Positions 16,320-25,006 of a stretch of DNA of 48,191 nucleotides are shown piece after piece. The position numbers and the translations under genes were made by a program. The notes beneath the pieces were generated by a model, which worked only from the letters and a program-made list of their open reading frames with translations, was not told the DNA's origin and ran no database searches. Source of the DNA: Actinomycetota bacterium (GTDB taxonomy: Bacteria; Actinomycetota; UBA4738; HRBIN12); assembly GCA_046728055.1 (NCBI GenBank), contig JBKPDU010000020.1, positions 1 through 48,191 of the forward strand, given 5' to 3'. Position 1 is the stretch's first letter. Every line of letters starts with the position of its first letter.

Positions 16320-16769
16320 ATGGCGAGCGACAACCAGATCACGATCGTCGGGAACCTCACGGACGACCCCGAACTTCGGTACACGCCGAACGGCGCGGCC
16401 GTCGTGAATTTCTCGGTGGCCGTCACGCCCCGGATCCGGGACGAGGGCGGTGGCTGGAAGGACGGTGACACGTCGTTTTTCCGGGTGAACGCTTGGCGAA
16501 CCCTGGCCGAGAACTCGGCCGAGACCCTCACGCGAGGCTCGCGGGTGGTGGTGATCGGCCGCCTTCGCCAGCGCTCATGGGAGACCCCCGAGGGCGAGCG
16601 GCGATCGGTGGTCGAGATCGAGGCCGACGAGCTGGGGCCGAGCCTCCGATGGGCGACGGCCAAGATCGAGCGACAGGGAGGCAAGACCGGGGACTGGTCG
16701 GCGAAGGCTCCCGCCCCGGTCGGCGCAGGACGGATTTCGGACGAGGAGACGCCACTGGATGCCTCCTAA
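16320..16769 (+). CDS. ssb: Single-stranded DNA-binding protein
   Basis: '[38 protein letters not shown]', OB fold, Gly-rich linker and acidic C-terminus. The listed ORF begins at GTG 16308. Confidence 0.92.
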   Translation: MASDNQITIVGNLTDDPELRYTPNGAAVVNFSVAVTPRIRDEGGGWKDGDTSFFRVNAWRTLAENSAETLTRGSRVVVIGRLRQRSWETPEGERRSVVEIEADELGPSLRWATAKIERQGGKTGDWSAKAPAPVGAGRISDEETPLDAS

Positions 16770-17031
16770 GAGCAAGAAGCGAGCACCCAGGAAAGAGAAA
16801 GAGGAGAAGGCCTGGCAGAGGAAGCAGAAGCGCAAGGTCTGCATCTTCTGCAAGGACCGGGTCGACTACATCGACTACAAGGACGTCGTGACGCTGCGCA
16901 AGTTCGTCTCCGAGCGGGGCAAGATCCGGGCCCGCCGGGTGACCGGCAACTGCGCCCAGCATCAGCGGGACGTGGCCGTGGCGGTCAAGAACGCCCGGGA
17001 GATGGCGCTCCTGCCGTACTCCAGTCGATGA
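16759..17031 (+). CDS. rpsR: 30S ribosomal protein S18
   Basis: '[60 protein letters not shown]'. Overlaps the ssb 3' end by 11 nt. Confidence 0.94.
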   Translation: MPPKSKKRAPRKEKEEKAWQRKQKRKVCIFCKDRVDYIDYKDVVTLRKFVSERGKIRARRVTGNCAQHQRDVAVAVKNAREMALLPYSSR

Positions 17032-17477
17032 AGGTCATCCTCCAGAAGCCCGTCGACAAGCTCGGCGTGCCCGGTGACGTCGTTGACGTCGCCGACGGGT
17101 ATGCCCGGAACTACCTGATGCCCCGAGGCTTGGCGGTCAGAGCGTCCAAGGGCGGCGTGAAGCACGTCGACAGCCTCAAGCGTGCCCATACCACCCGGGT
17201 GTCGCAGGCGCAGGCAGAAGCCCAACAGGTGGCCGATCGGCTGACCGCCAATCCCATCACGGTGAGGGCCCGGGTGGGCGAGGAAGGCAGGCTGTTCGGC
17301 AGCGTGACGGCAGCCGAGCTCGCTGCGGAGATCGAACGCCAGACCGGTGTGAAGGTCGACCGCCGCGACGTCCATCTCGATGAGCCCATCCGAAGCGTCG
17401 GGGTCCACGAGGTCAGGGTGCACCTGTTCGCCGACGTGGACCCCCTGGTCCCGGTGGAGGTCCATTCCGCCGATTAG
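17028..17477 (+). CDS. rplI: 50S ribosomal protein L9
   Basis: '[36 protein letters not shown]'. ATGA overlap with rpsR. Confidence 0.94.
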   Translation: MKVILQKPVDKLGVPGDVVDVADGYARNYLMPRGLAVRASKGGVKHVDSLKRAHTTRVSQAQAEAQQVADRLTANPITVRARVGEEGRLFGSVTAAELAAEIERQTGVKVDRRDVHLDEPIRSVGVHEVRVHLFADVDPLVPVEVHSAD

Positions 17478-17552
17478 CGGCTGCGCGAGCCAAGACTCAC
17501 GTTCCGAGGTTGAGCCCACGATGCTCGGGCCAAGCCCACTCCACCCGACGCT

Positions 17553-17567
17553 CTGGGACTGTCCCAG
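17553..17567. promoter_or_regulatory. Perfect 15-bp palindrome CTGGGAC-T-GTCCCAG in the rplI-dnaB spacer
   Basis: Read directly: 7-bp arms with a 1-nt centre. The loop is too tight for a stable hairpin, so a dimeric protein-binding site is more likely than a terminator. Confidence 0.4.
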
Positions 17568-17598
17568 ACCCTCAAATTACAGGTGTGTCACTATCGGG

Positions 17599-17699
17599 TT
17601 GTACACACGTGTCCACGGCGCGTTCCACAGGTCCAGTGGCAGGTGGAGGTGTGTGTGACAACAAAGTTTCCGACCTCACCTGGGACGGAGTTGTCCACA
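17599..17699 (+). promoter_or_regulatory. Cluster of DnaA-box-like 9-mers upstream of dnaB
   Basis: Compared with the high-GC actinobacterial consensus TTGTCCACA: 17691..17699 TTGTCCACA (9/9), 17599..17607 TTGTACACA (8/9), 17609..17617 GTGTCCACG (7/9), 17621..17629 CGTTCCACA (6/9). All are on the same strand, in a locally less GC-rich spacer. Confidence 0.5.
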
Positions 17700-17775
17700 C
17701 CCGATTTCCCCTTCCTTCTCGGGAGGCGGGTGGCTACGGTCTGCATCTCGCCGCGGATCGGGGAGAGGGGGATCG

Positions 17776-19128
17776 TTGGCAACGAGAGCTGACGAGGTCC
17801 GCCGGCTCCGGCCCGAGCGGATCCCACCTCACAACCTGGAAGCCGAGGAGTCCGTCCTCGGCGCCATGATGCTATCGGCGGAGGCCATCGCCGATGTCGT
17901 CGAGGTGGTCAAGCCGGAGGACTTCTACAAGAGCGCCAACGGCACCATCTTCGACACCCTCCGCGGGATCTACGGACGCGGCGATCCGGTCGATGCCATC
18001 ACGGCCGTCGAGGACCTCCGGCGGCGTGGTGTGCTGGAGCAGGTCGGCGGGCATCTGTACATCCACGAGCTCGTGGAGCAGGTGCCGACACCCGCGGCGG
18101 CGGCCAACTACGCGCGGATCGTCGCGCAGCACGCGCTTCTGCGGCGGCTGATCCAGGCCGCGGGCGACATCATGGAGATGGGGTACTCGGCTCCCGAGGA
18201 TCCGGAGCGCGCGGCCGACGAGGCCGAGCAGCGCATCTACGACGTGGCCCGCCGCGACGAGAAGGACCAGGTGGCCTCCCTTCGGGAGCTGGTGGACCAG
18301 GCCATGACCGACCTGGAGCAGATCCAGAACCGGGAATCAGCGTTTGCCGGCCTGCCCACCGGGTTCCGGGATCTGGACGAGCTGCTGTCAGGCTTGCAGT
18401 CGGGCAACCTGGTGATCGTCGCGGCCCGCCCCGGCGTGGGGAAGTCCTCGTTCGCAACGAACGTCGCCCGGAACGCGGCGGTCGAGTCCAGGGTGCCCGT
18501 GGCGATGTTCTCACTGGAGATGTCGAGGTGGGAGATCGGGATGCGGCTGCTGTGCGGCGAGGCTGGGGTTCCCTGGGACCGGATCCGGGGTCGGCGCGTG
18601 GGCGCCGATGACTGGTCGCGGGTTGTTCAGGCTGCCGAGGTCTTGCACGATGCGCCGCTGTCGATCGTGGACTCGGGCAACGTCACGATCGTCGACATCA
18701 GGGCCAAGGCCCGGCGGCTCTCAGCCCGGAGGCAGGGCCTGGGGCTCATCATCGTGGACTACCTCCAGCTGATGTCGCACCATCGAAGGGTGGACAATCG
18801 CCAGCAGGAGATCGCCGAGATCAGCAGGAGCCTCAAGCTGTTGGCCAAGGAGCTGAAGATCCCGGTGATCGCCGTTTCCCAGTTGAACCGGGACCCCGAG
18901 CGACGGCAGGACAAGCGCCCCCAGCTCTCGGATCTGCGCGAATCCGGTGCCATCGAACAGGATTCCGACGTGGTCATGTTCATCCATCGCGACGACTCCG
19001 ATCCGGCGAAGAAGGGGCTCGCCGACCTGATCGTGGCCAAGCACCGGAACGGGCCCACCGACACCATCCCCGTGACCTTCCTTCCGCATCTCACCCAGTT
19101 TCGGAACTACGCACCGGCATCCCCTTAG
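17776..19128 (+). CDS. dnaB: Replicative DNA helicase DnaB (no intein)
   Basis: 'PPHNLEAEESVLGAMMLS', Walker A 'AARPGVGKSSFATN', 'IIVDYLQLM', 'VIAVSQLNR'. TTG start preceded by GAGAGGGGGA. Confidence 0.95.
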   Translation: MATRADEVRRLRPERIPPHNLEAEESVLGAMMLSAEAIADVVEVVKPEDFYKSANGTIFDTLRGIYGRGDPVDAITAVEDLRRRGVLEQVGGHLYIHELVEQVPTPAAAANYARIVAQHALLRRLIQAAGDIMEMGYSAPEDPERAADEAEQRIYDVARRDEKDQVASLRELVDQAMTDLEQIQNRESAFAGLPTGFRDLDELLSGLQSGNLVIVAARPGVGKSSFATNVARNAAVESRVPVAMFSLEMSRWEIGMRLLCGEAGVPWDRIRGRRVGADDWSRVVQAAEVLHDAPLSIVDSGNVTIVDIRAKARRLSARRQGLGLIIVDYLQLMSHHRRVDNRQQEIAEISRSLKLLAKELKIPVIAVSQLNRDPERRQDKRPQLSDLRESGAIEQDSDVVMFIHRDDSDPAKKGLADLIVAKHRNGPTDTIPVTFLPHLTQFRNYAPASP

Positions 19129-19154
19129 CTCGGTACTGCCATAGGCTGCCGGGC

Positions 19155-19844
19155 ATGACGGCCGATCCGCGCCGTGTCCGAGCCATCCACCGCCGGCTGT
19201 TGCGGCATTTCGGCTCGCTCGAGCCGCCGCGGCAGAGCGATCCGCTCGAGGAGCTCATTCTCACCGTGCTCTCCCAGAACACGAGCGACGCCAACAGCTT
19301 CAGGTCATACGACTCGCTTCGAGTCAGATTCCCGACGTGGGAGGCGCTGGCAATGGCTCGGCCGTCGCAGGTTGCATCCTCGATCCGCTCAGGCGGCCTG
19401 TCGAACGTGAAGGCGCCCCGCATCCTGGCCATCTTGCGGGCAATCGACGAACGCGAGGGACACTTCGACCTGTCCCACCTCCGCCGTTTGAGCGATGCGG
19501 ATGCACGAGACTACCTGACCTCGCTTCCAGGGGTCGGGCCGAAGACGGCCGCCGTCGTGCTGGCGTTCTCGTTCGGTCGCCCCGCTCTCCCCGTCGATAC
19601 GCACGTCCATCGCGTGGCCGGCCGGCTGGGGCTGATCGAGCCCAAGTCCTCGGCCGCCAAGGCACAGGACATCCTGGAGTCCATCACACCGCCGGACATC
19701 CGGGTCGCGATGCACGTCGGCCTGATCCGCTTGGGCCGCGAGATCTGCAAACCCGGTCGGCCGCTGTGCGAGATGTGCCCGCTCGTGGACCTGTGCCCCA
19801 CCGCTCCCAAGGTCCTCGGCACGAAGATCCGGGGGCCGGCCTGA
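19155..19844 (+). CDS. Endonuclease III-like HhH-GPD DNA glycosylase with a [4Fe-4S] loop
   Basis: 'LSQNTSD', HhH 'LTSLPGVGPKTAAVVLAF', 'PVDTHVHRV', and C-terminal 'CKPGRPLCEMCPLVDLC' (C-x6-C-x2-C-x5-C). Confidence 0.85.
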   Translation: MTADPRRVRAIHRRLLRHFGSLEPPRQSDPLEELILTVLSQNTSDANSFRSYDSLRVRFPTWEALAMARPSQVASSIRSGGLSNVKAPRILAILRAIDEREGHFDLSHLRRLSDADARDYLTSLPGVGPKTAAVVLAFSFGRPALPVDTHVHRVAGRLGLIEPKSSAAKAQDILESITPPDIRVAMHVGLIRLGREICKPGRPLCEMCPLVDLCPTAPKVLGTKIRGPA

Positions 19845-19871
19845 GTAACGTACGCGTTCGACCTATCTGGA

Positions 19872-19945
19872 TGGAGCGGGCGAGGGGAATCGAACCCCCG
19901 TCTCGAGCTTGGGAAGCTCACGTTCTGCCATTGAACCACGCCCGC
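19872..19945 (-). tRNA. tRNA-Gly (anticodon CCC), CCA encoded
   Basis: The reverse complement reads GCGGGCG-TG-GTTC-AATGGCA-GAAC-G-TGAGC-TTCCCAA-GCTCG-AGAC-GGGGG-TTCGATT-CCCCT-CGCCCGC-T-CCA. This is a hand-folded cloverleaf with a 7-bp acceptor stem, a TPsiC loop TTCGATT and anticodon loop TTCCCAA. Confidence 0.9.
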
Positions 19946-20059
19946 TTGCCCCGACCGACCGGTCCCGGCTCGACGGCCAGTGTATCGAGGCCTCGAGGGC
20001 TCTGCTTCGAGATCGACGACGGTTTCGGCTCCGGGCGACCTGTTAGCGTTCCTGCGCCC

Positions 20060-21139
20060 ATGCAGGACCAGATGGACGCCCAGGACCCCAGCTTCTGGCC
20101 GACCCTTCTCGCCCGGCTCACCAGTGGCCAATCGCTCTCTGCGGAGCAGGCCGCCCGGGCCATGCTGGCGATCATGGAGGGGAATGCCACTCCGGCTCAG
20201 GTCGGCGGGTTCCTGATGGCCCTTCGCACGAAGGGTGAGACGGTCGACGAGATCGAGGGTCTGTCGCGCACCGCGCTCGAGATGGCGCAGCCGGTGCGGC
20301 CCCCCGGGCCCGTCGTCGACACGTGCGGCACCGGAGGTGACCGCTCGGAGACGTTCAACATCTCCACCCTGGCCGCCATCGTGGCCGCGGGGGCCGGGGT
20401 CATCGTGGCCAAGCACGGCAACCGAGCTGCCTCGTCGCGCTGCGGCTCGGCCGACCTGCTCGAGGCGCTCGGCGTTCGGATCGACCTGGGGCCGCTTGGG
20501 GTGGAGCGGTGCCTGGCCGAGGCGGGGATCGCGTTCATGTTCGCCCCCGTCTTCCATCCTGGCGCCGCGCGCGCGGCCCCGGTCCGCCGCGAGCTCCGCG
20601 TGCCCACTGCGTTCAACTTCCTCGGTCCCTTGACGAACCCGGCCCGGCCCCACGCCCAGGTCGTGGGGGTGTCCGACTTGCGGATGCTGCCCCTCGTGGC
20701 GGAGGTGCTGGCCCGCCGAAGGATCAGGGCCAAAGTGTTCCGAGGCCAGGATGGTTTGGACGAGCTCACGACCACCGGGCCGTCCACCGTCTACGAGACC
20801 GCGGACGGCCAGGTGAAGGAGCGGCTCCTCGACCCCGCCGACCTCGGACTGGAACGGGCTCGGGACGGCGACCTACAAGGCGGCGACGCTGCGACGAACG
20901 CCGGCATCGCGCGGTCCGTGCTCGCGGGCGAGCACGGACCGCCACGCGACGTGGTGGTCCTCAACGCGGGCGCCGCCCTCGAGGTTGCGGGACGCGCCAC
21001 GAGCCTCGAGGACGGGATGGCCGCAGCGGCCGAATCGATCGATTCCCGAGCGGCGGCGCGAGCGCTCGAACGCTGGGTCGAGATCTCACAGCAGGCGGCG
21101 GGGGGAGGGACGCCGCGGGTGTCCGGTTCGACCCGGTAG
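20060..21139 (+). CDS. trpD: Anthranilate phosphoribosyltransferase
   Basis: '[16 protein letters not shown]', 'DTCGTGGD', '[22 protein letters not shown]'. The ATG at 20060 is the first plausible start; the listed ORF 19337.. overlaps the tRNA and nth as read-through. Confidence 0.92.
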   Translation: MQDQMDAQDPSFWPTLLARLTSGQSLSAEQAARAMLAIMEGNATPAQVGGFLMALRTKGETVDEIEGLSRTALEMAQPVRPPGPVVDTCGTGGDRSETFNISTLAAIVAAGAGVIVAKHGNRAASSRCGSADLLEALGVRIDLGPLGVERCLAEAGIAFMFAPVFHPGAARAAPVRRELRVPTAFNFLGPLTNPARPHAQVVGVSDLRMLPLVAEVLARRRIRAKVFRGQDGLDELTTTGPSTVYETADGQVKERLLDPADLGLERARDGDLQGGDAATNAGIARSVLAGEHGPPRDVVVLNAGAALEVAGRATSLEDGMAAAAESIDSRAAARALERWVEISQQAAGGGTPRVSGSTR

Positions 21140-21149
21140 CATCGCGGCG

Positions 21150-21728
21150 ATGATCCTGTCGGACGTCGACATCCGAAAGGAGATCGACTCGGGACGGATC
21201 GCGATCGACCCGTTCGATCCGGGCTCGATCCAGCCGTCCTCCGTCGACCTCCACGTCGACGACCGGTTCCGGGTGTTCGCCAACTCGCGGTACCCCTACA
21301 TCGATGTCAAGAAGGAGATGCCTGGCCTAACAGAGGTAGTCGAGGTCGCCGACGGGGACCCGTTCATCCTCCACCCAGGGGAGTTCGTGCTCGGGTCGAC
21401 CCTCGAACGCGTCGCCATCCCCGACGACATGGTCGCCCGGCTGGAAGGGAAGTCGTCTCTCGGACGCCTCGGCCTCCTGATCCACTCGACCGCGGGATAC
21501 GTGGATCCGGGTTGGGACGGCTATCTCACCCTCGAGCTCTCGAACGTGGCCAACCTCCCGATCACCATCTATCCGGGAATGAAGATCGGACAGATCTCGT
21601 TCTTCCGGCTCACGACCCCTGCAGAACGGCCATACGGTTCGACCGGGACGAGGAGCAAATATCAGGGCCAGCGGGGCCCCACGGCCAGCCGGTTCTTCGA
21701 GGAGTTCGGCGAGCTCGGGTCCCGCTAG
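21150..21728 (+). CDS. dcd: dCTP deaminase (possibly the bifunctional dCTP deaminase/dUTPase type seen in actinobacteria)
   Basis: '[22 protein letters not shown]...[10 protein letters not shown]', '[21 protein letters not shown]'. ATG at 21150. Confidence 0.93.
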   Translation: MILSDVDIRKEIDSGRIAIDPFDPGSIQPSSVDLHVDDRFRVFANSRYPYIDVKKEMPGLTEVVEVADGDPFILHPGEFVLGSTLERVAIPDDMVARLEGKSSLGRLGLLIHSTAGYVDPGWDGYLTLELSNVANLPITIYPGMKIGQISFFRLTTPAERPYGSTGTRSKYQGQRGPTASRFFEEFGELGSR

Positions 21729-21750
21729 GACGGGATTCGGATGTCGCCGC

Positions 21751-24700
21751 TCAGGTGATGTCCGCGTCGCCCGAGCGGGCACCCAGCCGGTACAGAGCGG
21801 CCTCGGCCGCGGCCACGACCTCCGGCACGGGGTCGTTGAGCACCGCGGCGACGATGGCATCCGCACAGCGCCGATCCCCCACCACGGCCAGGAGCTGTGT
21901 GGCGCGCAGCCGGATCCGTTCGTCCGGATCCGTCAGCACCCCGATCAACGCGTCGACGGCCTCGGGTCCTCCGATCGCTCCGATCGCCTCGACCGCTCGC
22001 AATCGCACGTCCGATTCCGTGGAGCTGAGACGTCCGGCCAGCCGGTCCACGCCGACGACATCTGCTAGCAAGCCACCCACGATGGGCGCTACTTCCGCCG
22101 TTCCGTGGAGCAACACGTCGATGAGCAACTCCTGTGACGACGGGCCGATCTTCCTCAGTAGGTCGGTTGCGGCACCGCGCAAGTTGGGAACGGCCAGTAC
22201 ACCCGCAAGCCGCTTGGCGACCGCGGGAGAGCTCCATTGTGTGAGGACCTCGCTGGCAACCGTTCGCACCTGGGGATCGGCATCTTGGAGCGCCGTCACC
22301 AGGAAGCCGAGCACTGCCTCGTCGTCGATGACGCCCAATGCCCGCACGGCCTCCACGCGAACCTCGGGGGACGAGTCGCCGATCGTATTGCCCAGCGCCC
22401 GGACCGCGGAGGCGTCACCGAGGCGTCCCAGGGCCGCCGCCGCCGCCGCTCGGACTGGCGGGACGGGGTCCTGGAGCGACTGGATCGATGCCTCGACACA
22501 GGCCTGGCTTCCGCTCCACCCGGCGAGCTCAAGGGCCAGCACCCGCTCGTCCTGGTCGGGCGAGCCGTAATGCATCAGCGCGAGCTCGGTCAAGGCTGCC
22601 TGGTTGGAGCGAGAGAACACCGAACCGAGCTCCTTGCGCTCCTCGGGTCGGCACGTGCGAAGGGCCGACCACACGAACTCGTGATCGCTGTCCTCCCCCG
22701 AAGCGAGTTGGTTCATGGCTGCCCGTCGGACCGATTCTTCGACATCGGACAATCCCTGGAGAAGGAAGGGATCGGCCTCTCGACCGAGGCTCGTGGTGAG
22801 CTCGTCCAGAGCCGCCGCCCGGACGAATGGATCGGGATCGTCCATCGCTCGAGTCATGGCGGCAGACGTATCGACGTTGGCCCTCGCGATGACGTGAACG
22901 GCTGCAGCTCGAAGGGGTGGGGACTGATCGGTCTCCAACACCGTCCGCGCGACGTCCACGTAGCTCGGGTCACCGGATTCACCCATCACCTCCAGGACCG
23001 CCATGCGGACCGGAACCGAGGGATCGTCGAGATATCCACGAAGGTAGGGCATCACGGTCGGACCCGCCGAGCTCCAGAGCACTCGGATCGCCTCGGGTTT
23101 GCGAGCGTCCTCGACCTGACCCAGAAGTCCGACCAGGTCCTCCAACCGCACCCGGGCGAGGGCCCTGTGGAATGGATCGCGCCCGTCGACCGGGATCTCC
23201 ATCGCGCGGTTCAGGATGTCCTGCCCGATCTCGTAGAGACGAAGCGCCGCCGCGGTCTCCGCTGCGGCGGAGGCCGTCTCCAGGTCACCCGTGCGCATGA
23301 CCTCGCCGGCCCACGCGAGGACACGGCTTCGGTCCACCCCGCCGAGGCTCGACCGCGCTAGGTACCGGACCGCCTCGTCGGCATCGTGCAAGGAACGGGC
23401 GAGTGACGCGATCCGTTCGGCTTCCGAGGGAGCGAGGGAAGCGTCGTCGGTGAACACAGATACGCCCGCGGCATCCTCGTCGGTTCGGGCGATCGCGTCG
23501 GCGGAGACCTCTGCCACTTCGCGGATCTCATCGATGGGGTCGGAGACCAGCGTGGCCAATGCGCGGAGGATCTCCGGAGCTTCTTCGCCCTCTACCAGGA
23601 TCCGCACGGCTCCCAGACGCCGGAGGTCCGGCAGGGCCAAGGCGCCGACCAGCCGCGAGATGCCGACCGCCCGGCTCAGCCGGGCGAGCGATGCTCCTTC
23701 CTCCTCGGTGGGGGCCGAGTCCATCTCCCCGATCGAGGTGAGGAGCTGGTCGAGTTCGGCTTCACCGAGGGTGGACGATGTCAGGAGCTCGGGCAGCAAG
23801 TGGAGCGTCGCCCGTTGGGTCAGCGGCCAGCGGCGCGCACCGACCAACGGGGCGAGCAGGAGGAGGTCGCGAGAACCACGCCTGGCTGCGAGGCGAACCG
23901 CCGTGGCTCGAACATCGTCGGCTGGGTCCAATAACGCCTGCCTGATGGTGCCGTCGTCCACCCGATCGGCCCGGCTCAACAGGACCTCCAGGGCCAGCCG
24001 GCGGACCTCCTCATCGGGGTCCAGCACCAACCCCACAACCTGCTCCAGCTCGCCGTCGCTCGGACCGCGCTCGGCGAGGTCCCGGAGGGCACGGCGTCGC
24101 TCGTCGGGATCGGGAGCGGTGAGCGTGGGCCCGGCCGCCAGTGGCTCGGGGGCCACGACCGGTTCCGGAGTGGGCCAGTACGCCTCGAGGGGGGGGACCT
24201 CCGCTTCTGGGTGCGTGATGGCGTCCGCGGCTTGGACGGGTTCGGAACGATCGGCCGGCTCGGCCGGTTCGGCCCAAACCGGCTCGGCAGGCCCGGCGGG
24301 GATTTGGGGAACGACAGTCTCAGGCGCTTCGACGCCATCGGGCTCGGCCGCTTCCGGTTCAGCCGGGGGTTGGGGAACGGCGGCGGGCCATCGCTCGGGG
24401 AACACGGCCGCCGGAGGCTGGGGAACCTCGGGAGCAGGTTGCTCCGGGACCTCGGCAGCTGGTTGCTCCGCGACCTCGGCCGCGGGCTGCGTGAACTCCC
24501 ACTGGGGCGCAGGCTCCGGGACCTCGGCAGCAGGTTGATCCGCGACCTCGGCCGCGGGCTGCGTGAACTCCCACTGGGGCGCAGGCTCCGGGAGCTCGGC
24601 TCCAGGTTGCTCTGGGACCTCGGCCCCGGGCTGCTCCAGCTCCTCCCGGTGATCGGGCGCCTTGCGCTCGGACGGGGGCTGATCCGTCGATGCGGGCGAG

Positions 24701-24942
24701 GCCGGGGCTTCTTCCTCTTCCTTCTCTTCCTCCTCCTCCTCGGCGAGCTGAGCCCGGCGTTCGGCCAGCGCTTTCAGGCTCCGGTACCAGTCCTCCTCGT
24801 ACGCGTCCACCTGCTTGCCCTTCGGAGGGGAGCCACCGGAATCGGAGGCCCCGGCGTTGCCCGAGGAGTCGCGGGTTCCCTCGGATCCGTCTTCACCCTT
24901 CTGGCCGAGGAGACCGCCGATCAGTCCTTGCTTCCGGTCCAT
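21751..24942 (-). CDS. Large HEAT-repeat (PBS-lyase-type) protein with an acidic, Pro/Glu/Ala-rich repetitive N-terminal region
   Basis: 1063 aa. Residues from about 280 to the end contain more than 15 repeats of the pattern 'D(P/A)xxxVRxxAxxxLxxxG', e.g. 'LQDPVPPVRAAAAAALGRLGDASAVRALG' and 'LTDPDERIRLRATQLLAVVGD'. The N-terminus has poly-Glu and 8-aa/24-aa repeats. No TM or signal peptide. GGAGG precedes the ATG at 24942. Confidence 0.8.
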   Translation of the reverse strand: MDRKQGLIGGLLGQKGEDGSEGTRDSSGNAGASDSGGSPPKGKQVDAYEEDWYRSLKALAERRAQLAEEEEEEKEEEEAPASPASTDQPPSERKAPDHREELEQPGAEVPEQPGAELPEPAPQWEFTQPAAEVADQPAAEVPEPAPQWEFTQPAAEVAEQPAAEVPEQPAPEVPQPPAAVFPERWPAAVPQPPAEPEAAEPDGVEAPETVVPQIPAGPAEPVWAEPAEPADRSEPVQAADAITHPEAEVPPLEAYWPTPEPVVAPEPLAAGPTLTAPDPDERRRALRDLAERGPSDGELEQVVGLVLDPDEEVRRLALEVLLSRADRVDDGTIRQALLDPADDVRATAVRLAARRGSRDLLLLAPLVGARRWPLTQRATLHLLPELLTSSTLGEAELDQLLTSIGEMDSAPTEEEGASLARLSRAVGISRLVGALALPDLRRLGAVRILVEGEEAPEILRALATLVSDPIDEIREVAEVSADAIARTDEDAAGVSVFTDDASLAPSEAERIASLARSLHDADEAVRYLARSSLGGVDRSRVLAWAGEVMRTGDLETASAAAETAAALRLYEIGQDILNRAMEIPVDGRDPFHRALARVRLEDLVGLLGQVEDARKPEAIRVLWSSAGPTVMPYLRGYLDDPSVPVRMAVLEVMGESGDPSYVDVARTVLETDQSPPLRAAAVHVIARANVDTSAAMTRAMDDPDPFVRAAALDELTTSLGREADPFLLQGLSDVEESVRRAAMNQLASGEDSDHEFVWSALRTCRPEERKELGSVFSRSNQAALTELALMHYGSPDQDERVLALELAGWSGSQACVEASIQSLQDPVPPVRAAAAAALGRLGDASAVRALGNTIGDSSPEVRVEAVRALGVIDDEAVLGFLVTALQDADPQVRTVASEVLTQWSSPAVAKRLAGVLAVPNLRGAATDLLRKIGPSSQELLIDVLLHGTAEVAPIVGGLLADVVGVDRLAGRLSSTESDVRLRAVEAIGAIGGPEAVDALIGVLTDPDERIRLRATQLLAVVGDRRCADAIVAAVLNDPVPEVVAAAEAALYRLGARSGDADIT
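24425..24640 (-). repeat. In-frame coding tandem repeats (nine 24-nt phases, including two 72-bp copies) in the HEAT-repeat gene
   Basis: The 72-bp copies 24469..24540 and 24541..24612 differ at 4 positions by my hand alignment. They encode 'PAPQWEFTQPAAEVA(D/E)QPAAEVPE', flanked by degenerate 24-nt units encoding 'EQPAAEVP'-like octapeptides. Confidence 0.85.
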
Positions 24943-25006
24943 CTATCCGCCGCCTCCGGCCGTTCCCTTTCGCTCTGCCGCCCGCCTCCCGGTACCCACA
25001 GGAGGG

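Noticed and set aside
17478-17775. Calling the rplI-dnaB spacer the chromosomal origin (oriC).
   Set aside because: There are only about 4-5 DnaA-box-like sites and no obvious AT-rich unwinding element. The flanking genes are not dnaA/dnaN, where actinobacterial origins normally lie. It is reported only as a DnaA-box cluster of unknown role.
17776-19128. Possible intein in dnaB, which is common in actinobacterial and cyanobacterial DnaB.
   Set aside because: The protein is 450 aa, with contiguous helicase motifs and no insertion near the Walker A/P-loop region.
19872-19945. tRNA-Gly(CCC) as an integration site for a genomic island.
   Set aside because: No integrase, no duplicated tRNA 3' fragment and no compositional change are visible on either side. 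The neighbours are housekeeping genes (nth-like, trpD, dcd).
24425-24640. Regularly spaced direct repeats that might superficially resemble a CRISPR array.
   Set aside because: The repeats are contiguous with no spacers, are in frame inside a long ORF and encode a repetitive peptide. No cas genes are present in the window.
24708-24741. A 34-nt pure pyrimidine tract on the plus strand, considered as a potential H-DNA/triplex element.
   Set aside because: It simply encodes the poly-Glu/Lys run (EEEEEEKEEEE) of the HEAT-repeat protein on the minus strand. There is no evidence for an independent structural role.
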